Positions 49,313 through 58,626 of a stretch of 64,000 bases of DNA are shown one piece after another. The notes under the pieces are model-generated. The model was given only the letters and a program-made list of their open reading frames with translations, ran no database searches and was not told the DNA's origin. The stretch covers positions 192,809 through 256,808 of the forward strand of contig CAWGXL010000011.1 in the NCBI GenBank assembly GCA_963826535.1. Direction: 5' to 3'. Position numbers and translations under genes: made by a program. Within the stretch, counting starts at the first letter, position 1; each line of letters opens with the position of its first letter. This stretch comes from an uncultured bacterium (GTDB lineage Bacteria > Patescibacteriota > Microgenomatia > Levybacterales > UBA12049).

Positions 49313-52300
49313 TTATGCACCAACAAAGCTTGTTGAATCATGATAGTGCTCATAAACAAAGTTATATATTTCTACTCCTTTACTATCACAGTCTTGTTTT
49401 GAATAAGTCGGTTCAGGTAGTGAATCATATAGAATATCAGAAATTGTTGTTTTAACTCCTGCGCGAGCTATCTCTTTTTCTCTCCAATCAATGACAAGCT
49501 TTTCATGTTTAAGTTTTGCTAAAAGATCTTTTGCAATCTTTTTTACTTTTTCTCGCTCATCAGGATTCAAGTTATCCTTTTGTAGAAGATCAAAAATTGC
49601 GAGTTCCTCTTCAGTCAAATTTTCTTTTACTGCTCTTTGTTCTTCTTCGCTTAACTCTTTCGCAAGTTCAACGAGGTCATCGAAAAGCTGATCGATATCA
49701 TGAGCTCCGGTGTTATACACATTTAGCATTGCCAAAAGTCTGTCCATGAACTTTGCACGTATTTTATTTTTTTTCATCATATCGATAATCTTTTTTTCCA
49801 GATCATCTCTTAGTGCCTCAACTTGTAAGTTTTTATTTTCAATCTTGTAAAAGAATTCATGTAAAGCATCGACATCGAGTGCGCTTAAATCCTTGAGTCT
49901 TTTATAATGTGGGACAACGTATTCACCAGCTCTAATTGACTTATCCAATAATAATTCCAAGTCTCTTTTTACCGGTGAAGTATCAATACTTCGAGCGCCA
50001 ACGTCTCTTATGCGCGAAGCAATTATACGAATTGCGGTTACCTCATTGTAATAATCTTCTGCTGAAGGATCAGGTAAAACAGATTTGTAGGCAGAATAAA
50101 GGTCTGCTGACAGGTTTAAAAATTCATTCTTTCTTTTTTGATCCACTAAAATTTGGTTGGCGTATTTATCGATAAGCAATAATTTCTGTTCATTAGGTGA
50201 TTTAAGCAAAACTTCAATATCTATTTTTAATCCTTTAAGCATTTCTTTAGTTTGCTTTAAAATATTTAACAAATCTTTCAAAAGCTCATCTTTACTTTTG
50301 ATTATTTCATCGTCTCCTGACTTGGTCGCAGCATAAAGGGCTAATGCTTTTTCAACGTTCTTAAAGACTCCAATATAATCAACTATCATGCCGTTTGTTT
50401 TCCCTTCGGATACCCGATTTGCTCTCGCAATTGCTTGCATCAAGGTATGATTTTTTAAAGGCTTGTCAAGATAAAGTGTTGAAAGCGTCGGGACATCAAA
50501 ACCGGTTAGCCACATTGCGCAAACAAATACAATTTTTAGATTGCTATCATCTTTCTTGAATTCTTCTTCAAGGTTTTCATTCTGTATTCGAGCTCGAAGC
50601 GGTCTCATTTCTATTTCAAACGGTTCAAGATCAGCAATTTCATTCTGTGATTGACTTACGACGACAGCCATATCTATTTTTTCAAGTTTTTCAATTTCTT
50701 CACGAATTTTCTCTTGCTCAAAATCATTCTCTGCTCTTGATAAATCCAACCGCAATTTAGCTAAATGCCTATCCCATTCAGCTTTTACTTTTGTATACAT
50801 ACGCACTGTTGTTTTTTTATCGATTGAGACGACCATTGCTTTTCCCTGATAACCCCGTCCGACAAAATGCTGCACAATATCCCTTGCTATCGCATTTAAT
50901 CTGTCTTCACGGGTTATCAAATGATAGAAAGTTGAAAATTCCTGTTCTACCTTTTCCTCTTCCTCATCGTTCATTTCGTAGTAATTCATTATTTTGCCAA
51001 GTTCTACTTCAAGCTGTGGGTTGATATTCTCAAGTTTGGCTACGCGATTTTCATAATATAAAGGAACCGTTGACCCATCTTTTACTGATTGACCAAAATT
51101 ATATACGGACACATATTCTCCAAAAGTACTCTTTGTTTTTTCTTCACCACGACTTAAAAGTGGAGTTCCTGTAAAACCAATAAATGAAGCATTTGGTAGT
51201 GCTTTTCTCATGTTCTGGGCGTAAGTATCGTATTGGCTTCTATGAGCCTCATCCGTCATAACAATAACATCATCCCGATCTGACACCGCTCCTGGGATAT
51301 CCTGAAACTTCTGAATAGTCGTAAAAATTTGTCTGTGATCCTCTTTTAGTAATAATTTTAAATCTTTAATTGAATCAGCCCTTACATGTTTTTCATAAAC
51401 TGCACCCACGTTGGCAAAATTTTTATATGCTTGGCCATCGAGTTGTTCGCGATCAGTAACAATAATAAAAGTAAAATTCCCAGGAATTTTTCTGAATACT
51501 TTTTGTGAGAGATAAACCATAGCAAAAGATTTTCCAGATCCCTGTGTATGCCAAAAAACTCCAAGTTTTCCGTTGAGTTCTTTTCTCTTTATAACTCTTT
51601 CAAATGCACGATTGACTCCGTAGTACTGAAAATACCTGGGAACTATTTTTTTAGTTTCTCCAAGTGATTCATCATAAAGAATAAAGTTTTCAAATATATC
51701 AAGAAGTCTTTTTTTGTCACAAATTCCTTTGACAAGAGTAGCTAAATCTTTTTTTGTCTCATCTTTTTCAGATTCAACTTTTTTCCACTCGTTAAAATAT
51801 TCAAAAGGGGATGTTAGGGAACCAAATTTATTCTCAATGCCATTGGAAATTACGATTCCCATGTTGTACCAGAAGAGGTGTGGAATGGTGTCTTTATAAT
51901 CCCGGATATTGTCTTTATACGCATCTACCAAACTTTTATGAGAGGCTTTTAGCTCTAATAGAAGGAGGGGAATACCATTAACAAAAAGAACTACATCTGT
52001 TCGTCTCGTGTACATCTCGCCCACCACCCATAGCTGGGAAACACAAAGAAAATTATTGTTTTCAGGGATTTCAAAATCAAAAAACTTCACATTCTCAATT
52101 TTTGAATTTCCATCTTGTGTTTTTATGTTTACGCTGAATCCATCTTTTAATAGTTTGTAGACTTCTTGGTTGGCTTTAACTAAAGTTGTATTTGATCTGT
52201 CTCTGGTTATCTCAGCAACTGACTGTTGCAAGGCTTTTTCAGGTAATGATGGGTTTATTTTGGTTAGAGCAGGGAGTAAATACTTTTTGAGGATTACTTC

Positions 52301-52438
52301 GCCGCGGTGTTCCCGGCCAAACTTTGCGTCTTCCGCGTCTATAAAAGCATTTATATGACAGGTTTCATCAGTCCACGCTTCTTTAATGAGTTTTATGACT
52401 GTTTGTTCAACTAAATTGTCTTCGCTAAATTGATTCAT
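49313..52438 (-). CDS. hsdR: Type I restriction endonuclease subunit R
   Basis: DVVLFVNGIPLLLLELK nuclease, HTQGSGKS, DEAHRSQ, GFTGTP, QAIARANR. Confidence 0.93.
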   Translation of the reverse strand: MNQFSEDNLVEQTVIKLIKEAWTDETCHINAFIDAEDAKFGREHRGEVILKKYLLPALTKINPSLPEKALQQSVAEITRDRSNTTLVKANQEVYKLLKDGFSVNIKTQDGNSKIENVKFFDFEIPENNNFLCVSQLWVVGEMYTRRTDVVLFVNGIPLLLLELKASHKSLVDAYKDNIRDYKDTIPHLFWYNMGIVISNGIENKFGSLTSPFEYFNEWKKVESEKDETKKDLATLVKGICDKKRLLDIFENFILYDESLGETKKIVPRYFQYYGVNRAFERVIKRKELNGKLGVFWHTQGSGKSFAMVYLSQKVFRKIPGNFTFIIVTDREQLDGQAYKNFANVGAVYEKHVRADSIKDLKLLLKEDHRQIFTTIQKFQDIPGAVSDRDDVIVMTDEAHRSQYDTYAQNMRKALPNASFIGFTGTPLLSRGEEKTKSTFGEYVSVYNFGQSVKDGSTVPLYYENRVAKLENINPQLEVELGKIMNYYEMNDEEEEKVEQEFSTFYHLITREDRLNAIARDIVQHFVGRGYQGKAMVVSIDKKTTVRMYTKVKAEWDRHLAKLRLDLSRAENDFEQEKIREEIEKLEKIDMAVVVSQSQNEIADLEPFEIEMRPLRARIQNENLEEEFKKDDSNLKIVFVCAMWLTGFDVPTLSTLYLDKPLKNHTLMQAIARANRVSEGKTNGMIVDYIGVFKNVEKALALYAATKSGDDEIIKSKDELLKDLLNILKQTKEMLKGLKIDIEVLLKSPNEQKLLLIDKYANQILVDQKRKNEFLNLSADLYSAYKSVLPDPSAEDYYNEVTAIRIIASRIRDVGARSIDTSPVKRDLELLLDKSIRAGEYVVPHYKRLKDLSALDVDALHEFFYKIENKNLQVEALRDDLEKKIIDMMKKNKIRAKFMDRLLAMLNVYNTGAHDIDQLFDDLVELAKELSEEEQRAVKENLTEEELAIFDLLQKDNLNPDEREKVKKIAKDLLAKLKHEKLVIDWREKEIARAGVKTTISDILYDSLPEPTYSKQDCDSKGVEIYNFVYEHYHDSTSFVGA

Positions 52439-53957
52439 TTTCTGATATTTCTGGTAGGTACTTTTTCAATACGTCCACCATGGAATTCTTTTTATCGCCT
52501 GAGGTCAAAAAAGATAAAATTAGATTTTGATAGCCATTTTTAGCTAGCTCAAGATCAGTTTGAATTTCTTTTACAAGTCCTTTGTGAGGATAAGATTTTA
52601 ATATTTCAACTATATCTGCGTCATCTGAAGGTAGGTTAATTTTCTCCATTTCAGTATCCATCTCCGAAATAATACTTTTTTTGAAAGATTCGTAATCAGT
52701 CTTAGATTTCAAGGCTCCAAATTTTTCATCAAAAAGCCTATTTATTCTATACTTTGAAGCACTAAATAAAACTTCGTCCTTTCGTTGTTTGTATATACTT
52801 TTTATTTTTTCAGTCACCTGTGCTTTCTTATCGGTTTTTGACAAATGTTGAAGCACAAAATCAATGAACTCTGGAACCAGGAATATATTCTCAATTTCAT
52901 TTAAAGCAATGTTAAAAATAGATTCGGATTTTAAAGACTCTAGTTGGTTATCTGATCTAAAATCTCTATCTATTAAACCAAACACTTTTTTGTCGTGCAG
53001 AGATGTATTATTTCTAAGTCCTTTGACTGATTCGATAACTTTTTCACCCGAACCTCTGGCAATTACTGTGAAATTTTCGTAGTAAATCTGGTAAATTTGA
53101 GAATCAAGCGAACCTTTGTCACCCTCTACGAATAAAATTGGCTTCCTGCTTCCAAGAATCTCAAGGAAAAGTTCATCCGGGATAATTCCATTTTGGTCAA
53201 CTTCTTTCCACTCCCATGTGTTTTCTTTAAATGATTGAACCCATATGACTTTGCTGGCGGGTTTACTTACAGCAAAATCTAAATCGTGTGTTATGTAAAC
53301 AAATGAACAATCACTCCGGAATTCTTCAAGTTTGTTCCATAACCGTACCATTAACGCTTTATGTAAATGCAATTCGGGCTCATCAATTATCAGAATGCAG
53401 TTATCTTCAGCTAAGACGGTCTGAGATATTAAATACAAACCCACTTTTTCCCCATCACTCATTTCAGCTCCAGAATATTCGTTATTATCGCTTACCGCTC
53501 GAATACGATCTTTTTCCAACTTTAGCGGCCTGTAAGGGAAAATAAAATTCCAAACCTCCAAAACTTTTTCCTTAACGGAAACTGGTGTATCTTCTTTAGT
53601 AATACTGCCATTTAGATTTATGCTTTTAATTACCTCCTCATTTCTTGTTGCTTCTTGAGCAAATAACGAGATTAAGACTTGTTGATAATCATTTTGAGGC
53701 TCTACTGGGGGATGATTTTTATAACTGCTTCTTAATTGAGTATTTGCCGTCTCATAATCTTGCCTTTGTACTACCTCAGACAATTGTAAATATCTTTGGG
53801 CGGATATTCGTTTTGTAGGGTTGTTAATCTGTTCAAGCTTAGAGCCCAACCTGGTTTTCCCAGCCCCGTTTGCCCCAACTATTACTATGTTTTTTTCAAA
53901 TTCGAAAGATTCCACGACTGAGGATACGCCAGATTTAGGAAATTGAATAGTTTTCAT
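52425..53957 (-). CDS. ABC-type ATPase fused to a TOPRIM/DUF4435-like domain (PARIS/OLD-like)
   Basis: Walker A GANGAGKT, signature MSDGEK, Walker B IIDEPELHLH, H-loop ITHD; TOPRIM LFVEG..SLD and LIDRD. Confidence 0.8.
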   Translation of the reverse strand: MKTIQFPKSGVSSVVESFEFEKNIVIVGANGAGKTRLGSKLEQINNPTKRISAQRYLQLSEVVQRQDYETANTQLRSSYKNHPPVEPQNDYQQVLISLFAQEATRNEEVIKSINLNGSITKEDTPVSVKEKVLEVWNFIFPYRPLKLEKDRIRAVSDNNEYSGAEMSDGEKVGLYLISQTVLAEDNCILIIDEPELHLHKALMVRLWNKLEEFRSDCSFVYITHDLDFAVSKPASKVIWVQSFKENTWEWKEVDQNGIIPDELFLEILGSRKPILFVEGDKGSLDSQIYQIYYENFTVIARGSGEKVIESVKGLRNNTSLHDKKVFGLIDRDFRSDNQLESLKSESIFNIALNEIENIFLVPEFIDFVLQHLSKTDKKAQVTEKIKSIYKQRKDEVLFSASKYRINRLFDEKFGALKSKTDYESFKKSIISEMDTEMEKINLPSDDADIVEILKSYPHKGLVKEIQTDLELAKNGYQNLILSFLTSGDKKNSMVDVLKKYLPEISENESI

Positions 53958-55096
53958 GATTTTAATTCCCTCATTCCTGTCACAAGCTGAGGGATAAGTA
54001 TATCACAAATTTTTTCCAGGCTATAACTCTGTGCTTCAAGGTTATCTCGTAAATTGAAAATTTTTTGGACATTTATAGTAAATTGATTAAGTAGGCTGTT
54101 AGGCGGAACTATTATCTTTTTACCATATACATAGCTTCTATTAAGCCCTGGTACTGCTGCGTCTCCGGCAATATAACTTTGAGATTTTAAAAGATAATAA
54201 ATGAATTCTAAGTTCAAAGATGATTTAACATAATAAGTGGTGTCAATTGGATAAAAGTCATTTTTAACCCAAAATACAGAGCCTATATTGCCCTTTCTGC
54301 CTATTACAATTCCCGGTCCCGGAACAAATTTTTCGTTATGAAAACCAACTCTACCACTAGAACCATATACAGAAATATTTCCGTTAACTCTTGAGTCTTC
54401 TTTTAATGCTTTTCCATATGCAAGCTCTAATATATCACTGAGCTTCTTAACTTCCCACCCTTCTGGTATTTTGCCTAGAAGAGAATCGATCATTTTTACA
54501 TTTTCATGCCCGGGGAAATTGAATTTTATGAACCATTCTGTATAAAGCGTTTGTGCCATTTCCTCCAAAATCTTTATCCGCTTTTCGTTGTTTTCAATTA
54601 AATCGTTGTAGGCAGAAAGGACAGAAGAAATTTGAACTTGGGTTTTCAGATCAGGTAGATTTATAATTATATTTCTTAAATCTTCGAGTCTAATACCTGT
54701 AACTGTTGACCCATTCCCTATGTTTTGTAACTTAATTCCTGAATAAATTAAAGTCCAAAGTAAAAAATCATTATTAATTTTCTCATTAGGGTAAACTGCT
54801 TTTAAATCTTGATTTATTGCAGTACCAATTGTTGTTTTTACTACACGTCCCAATCCCATCCTAGTTGGCATTACTATGGTTCCAGCACTGACGAAATTTG
54901 AGGCACTATTATCTAAACCTTCTTGAGTAATATAATCTTGAGTTGAATCTAAATAATATCTGCCGTCTTCAAAGTCTTTAACACTTGCCCAAGGAATTGC
55001 ACCTCCCCAATATTGTAGATTACTTTTTGATGGAGTCCCCCCTCCTACAACCTTCTCTAACACATCTCCTAATTTTTGTTTTGTCCAAGTTGTCAT
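53954..55096 (-). CDS. hsdS: Type I RM specificity subunit
   Basis: GGTPSK TRD, LPDL..Q..I...L...DLIENN..RI..LE conserved region, IPEGWEV, second TRD. Confidence 0.9.
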   Translation of the reverse strand: MTTWTKQKLGDVLEKVVGGGTPSKSNLQYWGGAIPWASVKDFEDGRYYLDSTQDYITQEGLDNSASNFVSAGTIVMPTRMGLGRVVKTTIGTAINQDLKAVYPNEKINNDFLLWTLIYSGIKLQNIGNGSTVTGIRLEDLRNIIINLPDLKTQVQISSVLSAYNDLIENNEKRIKILEEMAQTLYTEWFIKFNFPGHENVKMIDSLLGKIPEGWEVKKLSDILELAYGKALKEDSRVNGNISVYGSSGRVGFHNEKFVPGPGIVIGRKGNIGSVFWVKNDFYPIDTTYYVKSSLNLEFIYYLLKSQSYIAGDAAVPGLNRSYVYGKKIIVPPNSLLNQFTINVQKIFNLRDNLEAQSYSLEKICDILIPQLVTGMRELKS

Positions 55097-55098
55097 TG

Positions 55099-56094
55099 TT
55101 ATTTTTTCTTCAAATATTTTTTTACTTCTTTGTCAAAGTCGGAGAAGTATTTTTTGTCTTCATCTTTTCGATATTTTTCATACTCGTTATGAGCTATGGT
55201 TTCTGCTTTTTTGGCGCTGATTGATCCTGCGTCTTTTAGTATTTGTTTTTCGCTTAATTTCAAAAATTTATCGAGCTTAGACACCCAATCACTCATTTTC
55301 ATCAATCTGGCATTTGTTGCTTGTAGCTCGGCAAAGTCTAAATAAAGCGACACAATCAAATTTAATTGTTTGATTTCCGGTTCTGAGAGATAATTTTTGG
55401 CGATTGTTGTATCTGAGGCATGGATCTTTGATCCTTTGAAACTTGTTAAACCCATGTTTGGTTGTTTGCTATTGGCTCTTGTCGCGATAACTTCGGCGGC
55501 TGTGTGTCCATGGACTGCGTAGTGCATTTTATTTTGCACAGTTGCAAAAAATTCTTGAGTTAACTTATTATCTTTGCTGTAATCAATACTTGTGGCGTAT
55601 ATATCAGTGACTTTTTGATAAAAGTTTCGCTCACTGGCTCGAATATCCCGTATGCGCTCCAGAAGTTCATCGAAATAGGATGCTTTTCTGCCACCTTCTT
55701 TAAGACGCTCGTCATCAAGCGTAAAGCCTTTGACTATATATTCCCGGAGTCTTTGTGTGGCCCAAATACGAAATTGAGTGCCGCGAATTGATTTAACACG
55801 ATAGCCCACGGAAATAATTACATCGAGATTGTAGTATTCAACAGAACGCTTTTTCTCAACACCACCTTCTGTTTGAACTGTCAAGTAATCCTTGACAGTT
55901 GATTCTCTTGATAATTCAGCTTCTTTATAAATATTATTGACATGGAGACTAATGTTTTGTTTTGTGGTTTCAAATAGCTCAGTCATTTGAGCCTGGTTTA
56001 ACCAGGCTGTTTCGCCTTCAAAACGTACATCAACTTTTGTTTTACCGTCTGGTGTTTGGTAGAGAATAATCTCTGATTTATTTTTGCTTGTCAT
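55099..56094 (-). CDS. RhuM-family DNA-binding protein
   Basis: WLNQAQMTELF, YNLDVIISVGYRV, FRIWAT, RIRDIRASE, VQNKMH, AKNYL. Confidence 0.85.
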   Translation of the reverse strand: MTSKNKSEIILYQTPDGKTKVDVRFEGETAWLNQAQMTELFETTKQNISLHVNNIYKEAELSRESTVKDYLTVQTEGGVEKKRSVEYYNLDVIISVGYRVKSIRGTQFRIWATQRLREYIVKGFTLDDERLKEGGRKASYFDELLERIRDIRASERNFYQKVTDIYATSIDYSKDNKLTQEFFATVQNKMHYAVHGHTAAEVIATRANSKQPNMGLTSFKGSKIHASDTTIAKNYLSEPEIKQLNLIVSLYLDFAELQATNARLMKMSDWVSKLDKFLKLSEKQILKDAGSISAKKAETIAHNEYEKYRKDEDKKYFSDFDKEVKKYLKKK

Positions 56095-56143
56095 AGTTAC
56101 CTTTCTTATTTTACTTTTCAGGCCAAAAGTATAATATGGATTT

Positions 56144-57721
56144 CTATATTATAGTTTTCCAATCTTCTTCAATTTTCTTTTCTAAGCTGTGTGCCTCTTT
56201 TGTGAGAGTTTTGAATTCCGATGTTAGTTCGTTCATTCGTGCTTCAAATTCCACATTATCCATTTCTTTCTCAACTATTTCGATATATCTTCCAGGATTT
56301 AAGGAATAATCATTTTCTTTTATTTCATCAAGGGTGGCAGCTTTGCAACGGCCTTTTATGTCTTCATATTTTCCGTATCCTTCCTCACCACGATATCGCC
56401 TGACAATTCCTGCGATTTCCTGTATTTGTTCATCGCTCCAGTTGTTATGTGCGCGATCTACTGGGGTAAAGATATTTTGTGTGTTGATAAACAATATTTT
56501 ATTTTGTCTATCTGTTCCTTTTTTACCTTTGTCCAAAAACCATAATGTGGAAGAAAGTGTTACATTTAGAAACATATTGGGCGGTGTTGAAATAATCACA
56601 TCAACAAAATTTTTCTCAATAAGTTTTTTTCTAATCTCCTTCTCAGCATGTCCAGCATCAGTTGCGGAGTTGGCCATGACAAAACCAGATCTACCATTAG
56701 AATTTAAGGCGCTCGCAAAGATTTGCATCCAAAGGTAGTTTGCATTTGTAATGTTGCCTTGTTGGGTAGTAGGAAGTCCAAGAAAATAACGTGGATCGCG
56801 GTGTAAGCGCTCTGGATCAATAATTACTTGACCATTCTCGTCAACACCAGCAACATTAAATGGTGGATTAGCTAGAACAAAATCAAATTTACCGATACTG
56901 TTGTGTGCGTCTTCATAATATGAGTTTGCCGGAAGAATCTTTCCTGATAGACCATGAATTGCTAAATTCATTTTGGCAATTTTAATTGTTGCGTCTTTAG
57001 ACTCTTGACCATAAATTGTTACTTGATCCATTACTTTGGATTTATTTTTTAAATGTTCTTCGACAAACTTAGCTGAATGAACGAACATTCCACCGCTTCC
57101 ACAAGCCGGATCAAAGATCCGGCCATGGTATGGCTCTATAACTTCAACCAAAAGCTTAACTATAGATTGAGCTGTAAAAAATTCTCCACCATTTTTCCCT
57201 TCTGCAAGAGCAAAATTTCCTAAAAAATATTCATAGATCTCTCCAAACGCATCTCCTTCAATGTCTTCTGGAATCTGATTAAAATTTTTAAGAAGAGTAA
57301 TAAGGATCCTATTATTTTCATCTGCTTTTTGCGAGAGAAGTGAGTAATTTTGAGGCAGAACACCAGCGAGATCTCTGTTATATTCTTCAATTGACTTCAT
57401 TGCTTCGTTAATTGCTTTGCCTATGTTTTCATTTTCTGGAAGGCTGATTAGATGTGAATATGTGGCTTTTTCTGGTACATATAATACGCCTCTAGCTTTG
57501 TAGTCTTCTGGAGAGACTGGTCGCTGTCTGGTTGACTGTGAAGAAATTCTATCTTTCCCTATTTTTACTTTGACTTTTTTAAATCGTACATCGGCAAATT
57601 TAAGAAAAATGAGTCCTAGAATTGGAGCAGAAATTTCATTTAAATTTAGCCCACTATTGGCACGCATTTGCTCAGCCGATGCCCACAGTTGATCTTGAAG
57701 TTGCTTTTTTTGTGCAGTCAT
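56144..57721 (-). CDS. hsdM: Type I RM methyltransferase subunit
   Basis: LWASAEQMR, GEFFT, DPACGSGGMF, ANPPFN. Confidence 0.93.
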   Translation of the reverse strand: MTAQKKQLQDQLWASAEQMRANSGLNLNEISAPILGLIFLKFADVRFKKVKVKIGKDRISSQSTRQRPVSPEDYKARGVLYVPEKATYSHLISLPENENIGKAINEAMKSIEEYNRDLAGVLPQNYSLLSQKADENNRILITLLKNFNQIPEDIEGDAFGEIYEYFLGNFALAEGKNGGEFFTAQSIVKLLVEVIEPYHGRIFDPACGSGGMFVHSAKFVEEHLKNKSKVMDQVTIYGQESKDATIKIAKMNLAIHGLSGKILPANSYYEDAHNSIGKFDFVLANPPFNVAGVDENGQVIIDPERLHRDPRYFLGLPTTQQGNITNANYLWMQIFASALNSNGRSGFVMANSATDAGHAEKEIRKKLIEKNFVDVIISTPPNMFLNVTLSSTLWFLDKGKKGTDRQNKILFINTQNIFTPVDRAHNNWSDEQIQEIAGIVRRYRGEEGYGKYEDIKGRCKAATLDEIKENDYSLNPGRYIEIVEKEMDNVEFEARMNELTSEFKTLTKEAHSLEKKIEEDWKTII

Positions 57722-57805
57722 ATATTATTCCCTTATTAACTTAAAACTGATCCTTATTATAACCGGTATTGGGATGTTTTGCGAGTTGATGTAATGATGG
57801 GTGTA

Positions 57806-57911
57806 TCACTTTGGAATATAGCTGGTAAAAATTTCTGAGCAGCTGTAGGCGTGGCAGACGATGCAGCTGTAATTGTAGTCTGCTAGTATTGCGTCGCGGT
57901 GGATTTTGTCG
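57806..57911 (-). repeat. Diverged duplicate of the last 106 bp of the CAP-domain gene
   Basis: Aligns without gaps to 58627-58732 with 10 substitutions; encodes DKIHRDAILADYNYSCIVCHAYSCSEIFTSYIPK*. Confidence 0.9.
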
Positions 57912-58033
57912 GGTTTGCGAACCGAAATATTGTTGGGGAGTGTATGGCTCAAATTATAATCTGCTATAATAGCCTTACAAAGTTATAATATTACTATGTT
58001 ATACTGATTAGGTTATATCAGGAAAGGATATTT

Positions 58034-58330
58034 ATGAGCACAGCAACAACTATCACATTTTCAATTGATCCGGCACTTAAGAAGAGAGCAAAAGAAAAAG
58101 TTGAGAAACTAGGCTTTAGTCTTGATTTACTTGTTGGTTCTTTTGTTGATAAATTACTTACAGTAGTCGCGGATAAAGAAAATGCTGACGCAGAAATAGT
58201 TCTTCATTTAGAAAAACCAAATGAGTATTTTAAACGGGCTATCAAAAAATCCAGAGGTGATAGAAAAGCGGGAAAAGCATCCCCCACCTTTGAAAAAGCT
58301 GAAGATGCGATTGAGTGGCTACATAAATGA
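58034..58330 (+). CDS. RelB/DinJ-like antitoxin
   Basis: ITFSIDPALKKRA...LGFSL; C-terminal SPTF..AEDAIEWL. Confidence 0.75.
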   Translation: MSTATTITFSIDPALKKRAKEKVEKLGFSLDLLVGSFVDKLLTVVADKENADAEIVLHLEKPNEYFKRAIKKSRGDRKAGKASPTFEKAEDAIEWLHK

Positions 58331-58336
58331 GCCATT

Positions 58337-58617
58337 ATGAAAGTTAAATTTAGCCCGGAGTTATCCGCAAGGCAGTTGATGAGAAAATAAAAATCTTCCA
58401 AAAAGATCCACAGAATTCAGATTTACATAATCATGAACTTCGTGATGAGTATAAAGGACTACGGAGTATTAATATTACCAATGACTATCGAGCAATCTAT
58501 GAGGAAATAAAAGAAAGGAAAGACACGATAACAGCGTACTTTTCTTTACTTGGAACACATAAAGAGCTCTACGAAGTAAAGAGATTTAGAGTCAGAGTAA
58601 GGTTTAAAAGACAATAA
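58337..58617 (+). pseudogene. RelE/YafQ-like toxin, frameshifted after about codon 8
   Basis: MKVKFSPE, then in another frame IRKAVDEKIKIFQKDP..LHNHEL..EYKGLRSINITNDYRAIY..LLGTHKELY. Confidence 0.75.
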
Positions 58618-58626
58618 ATAACTATA

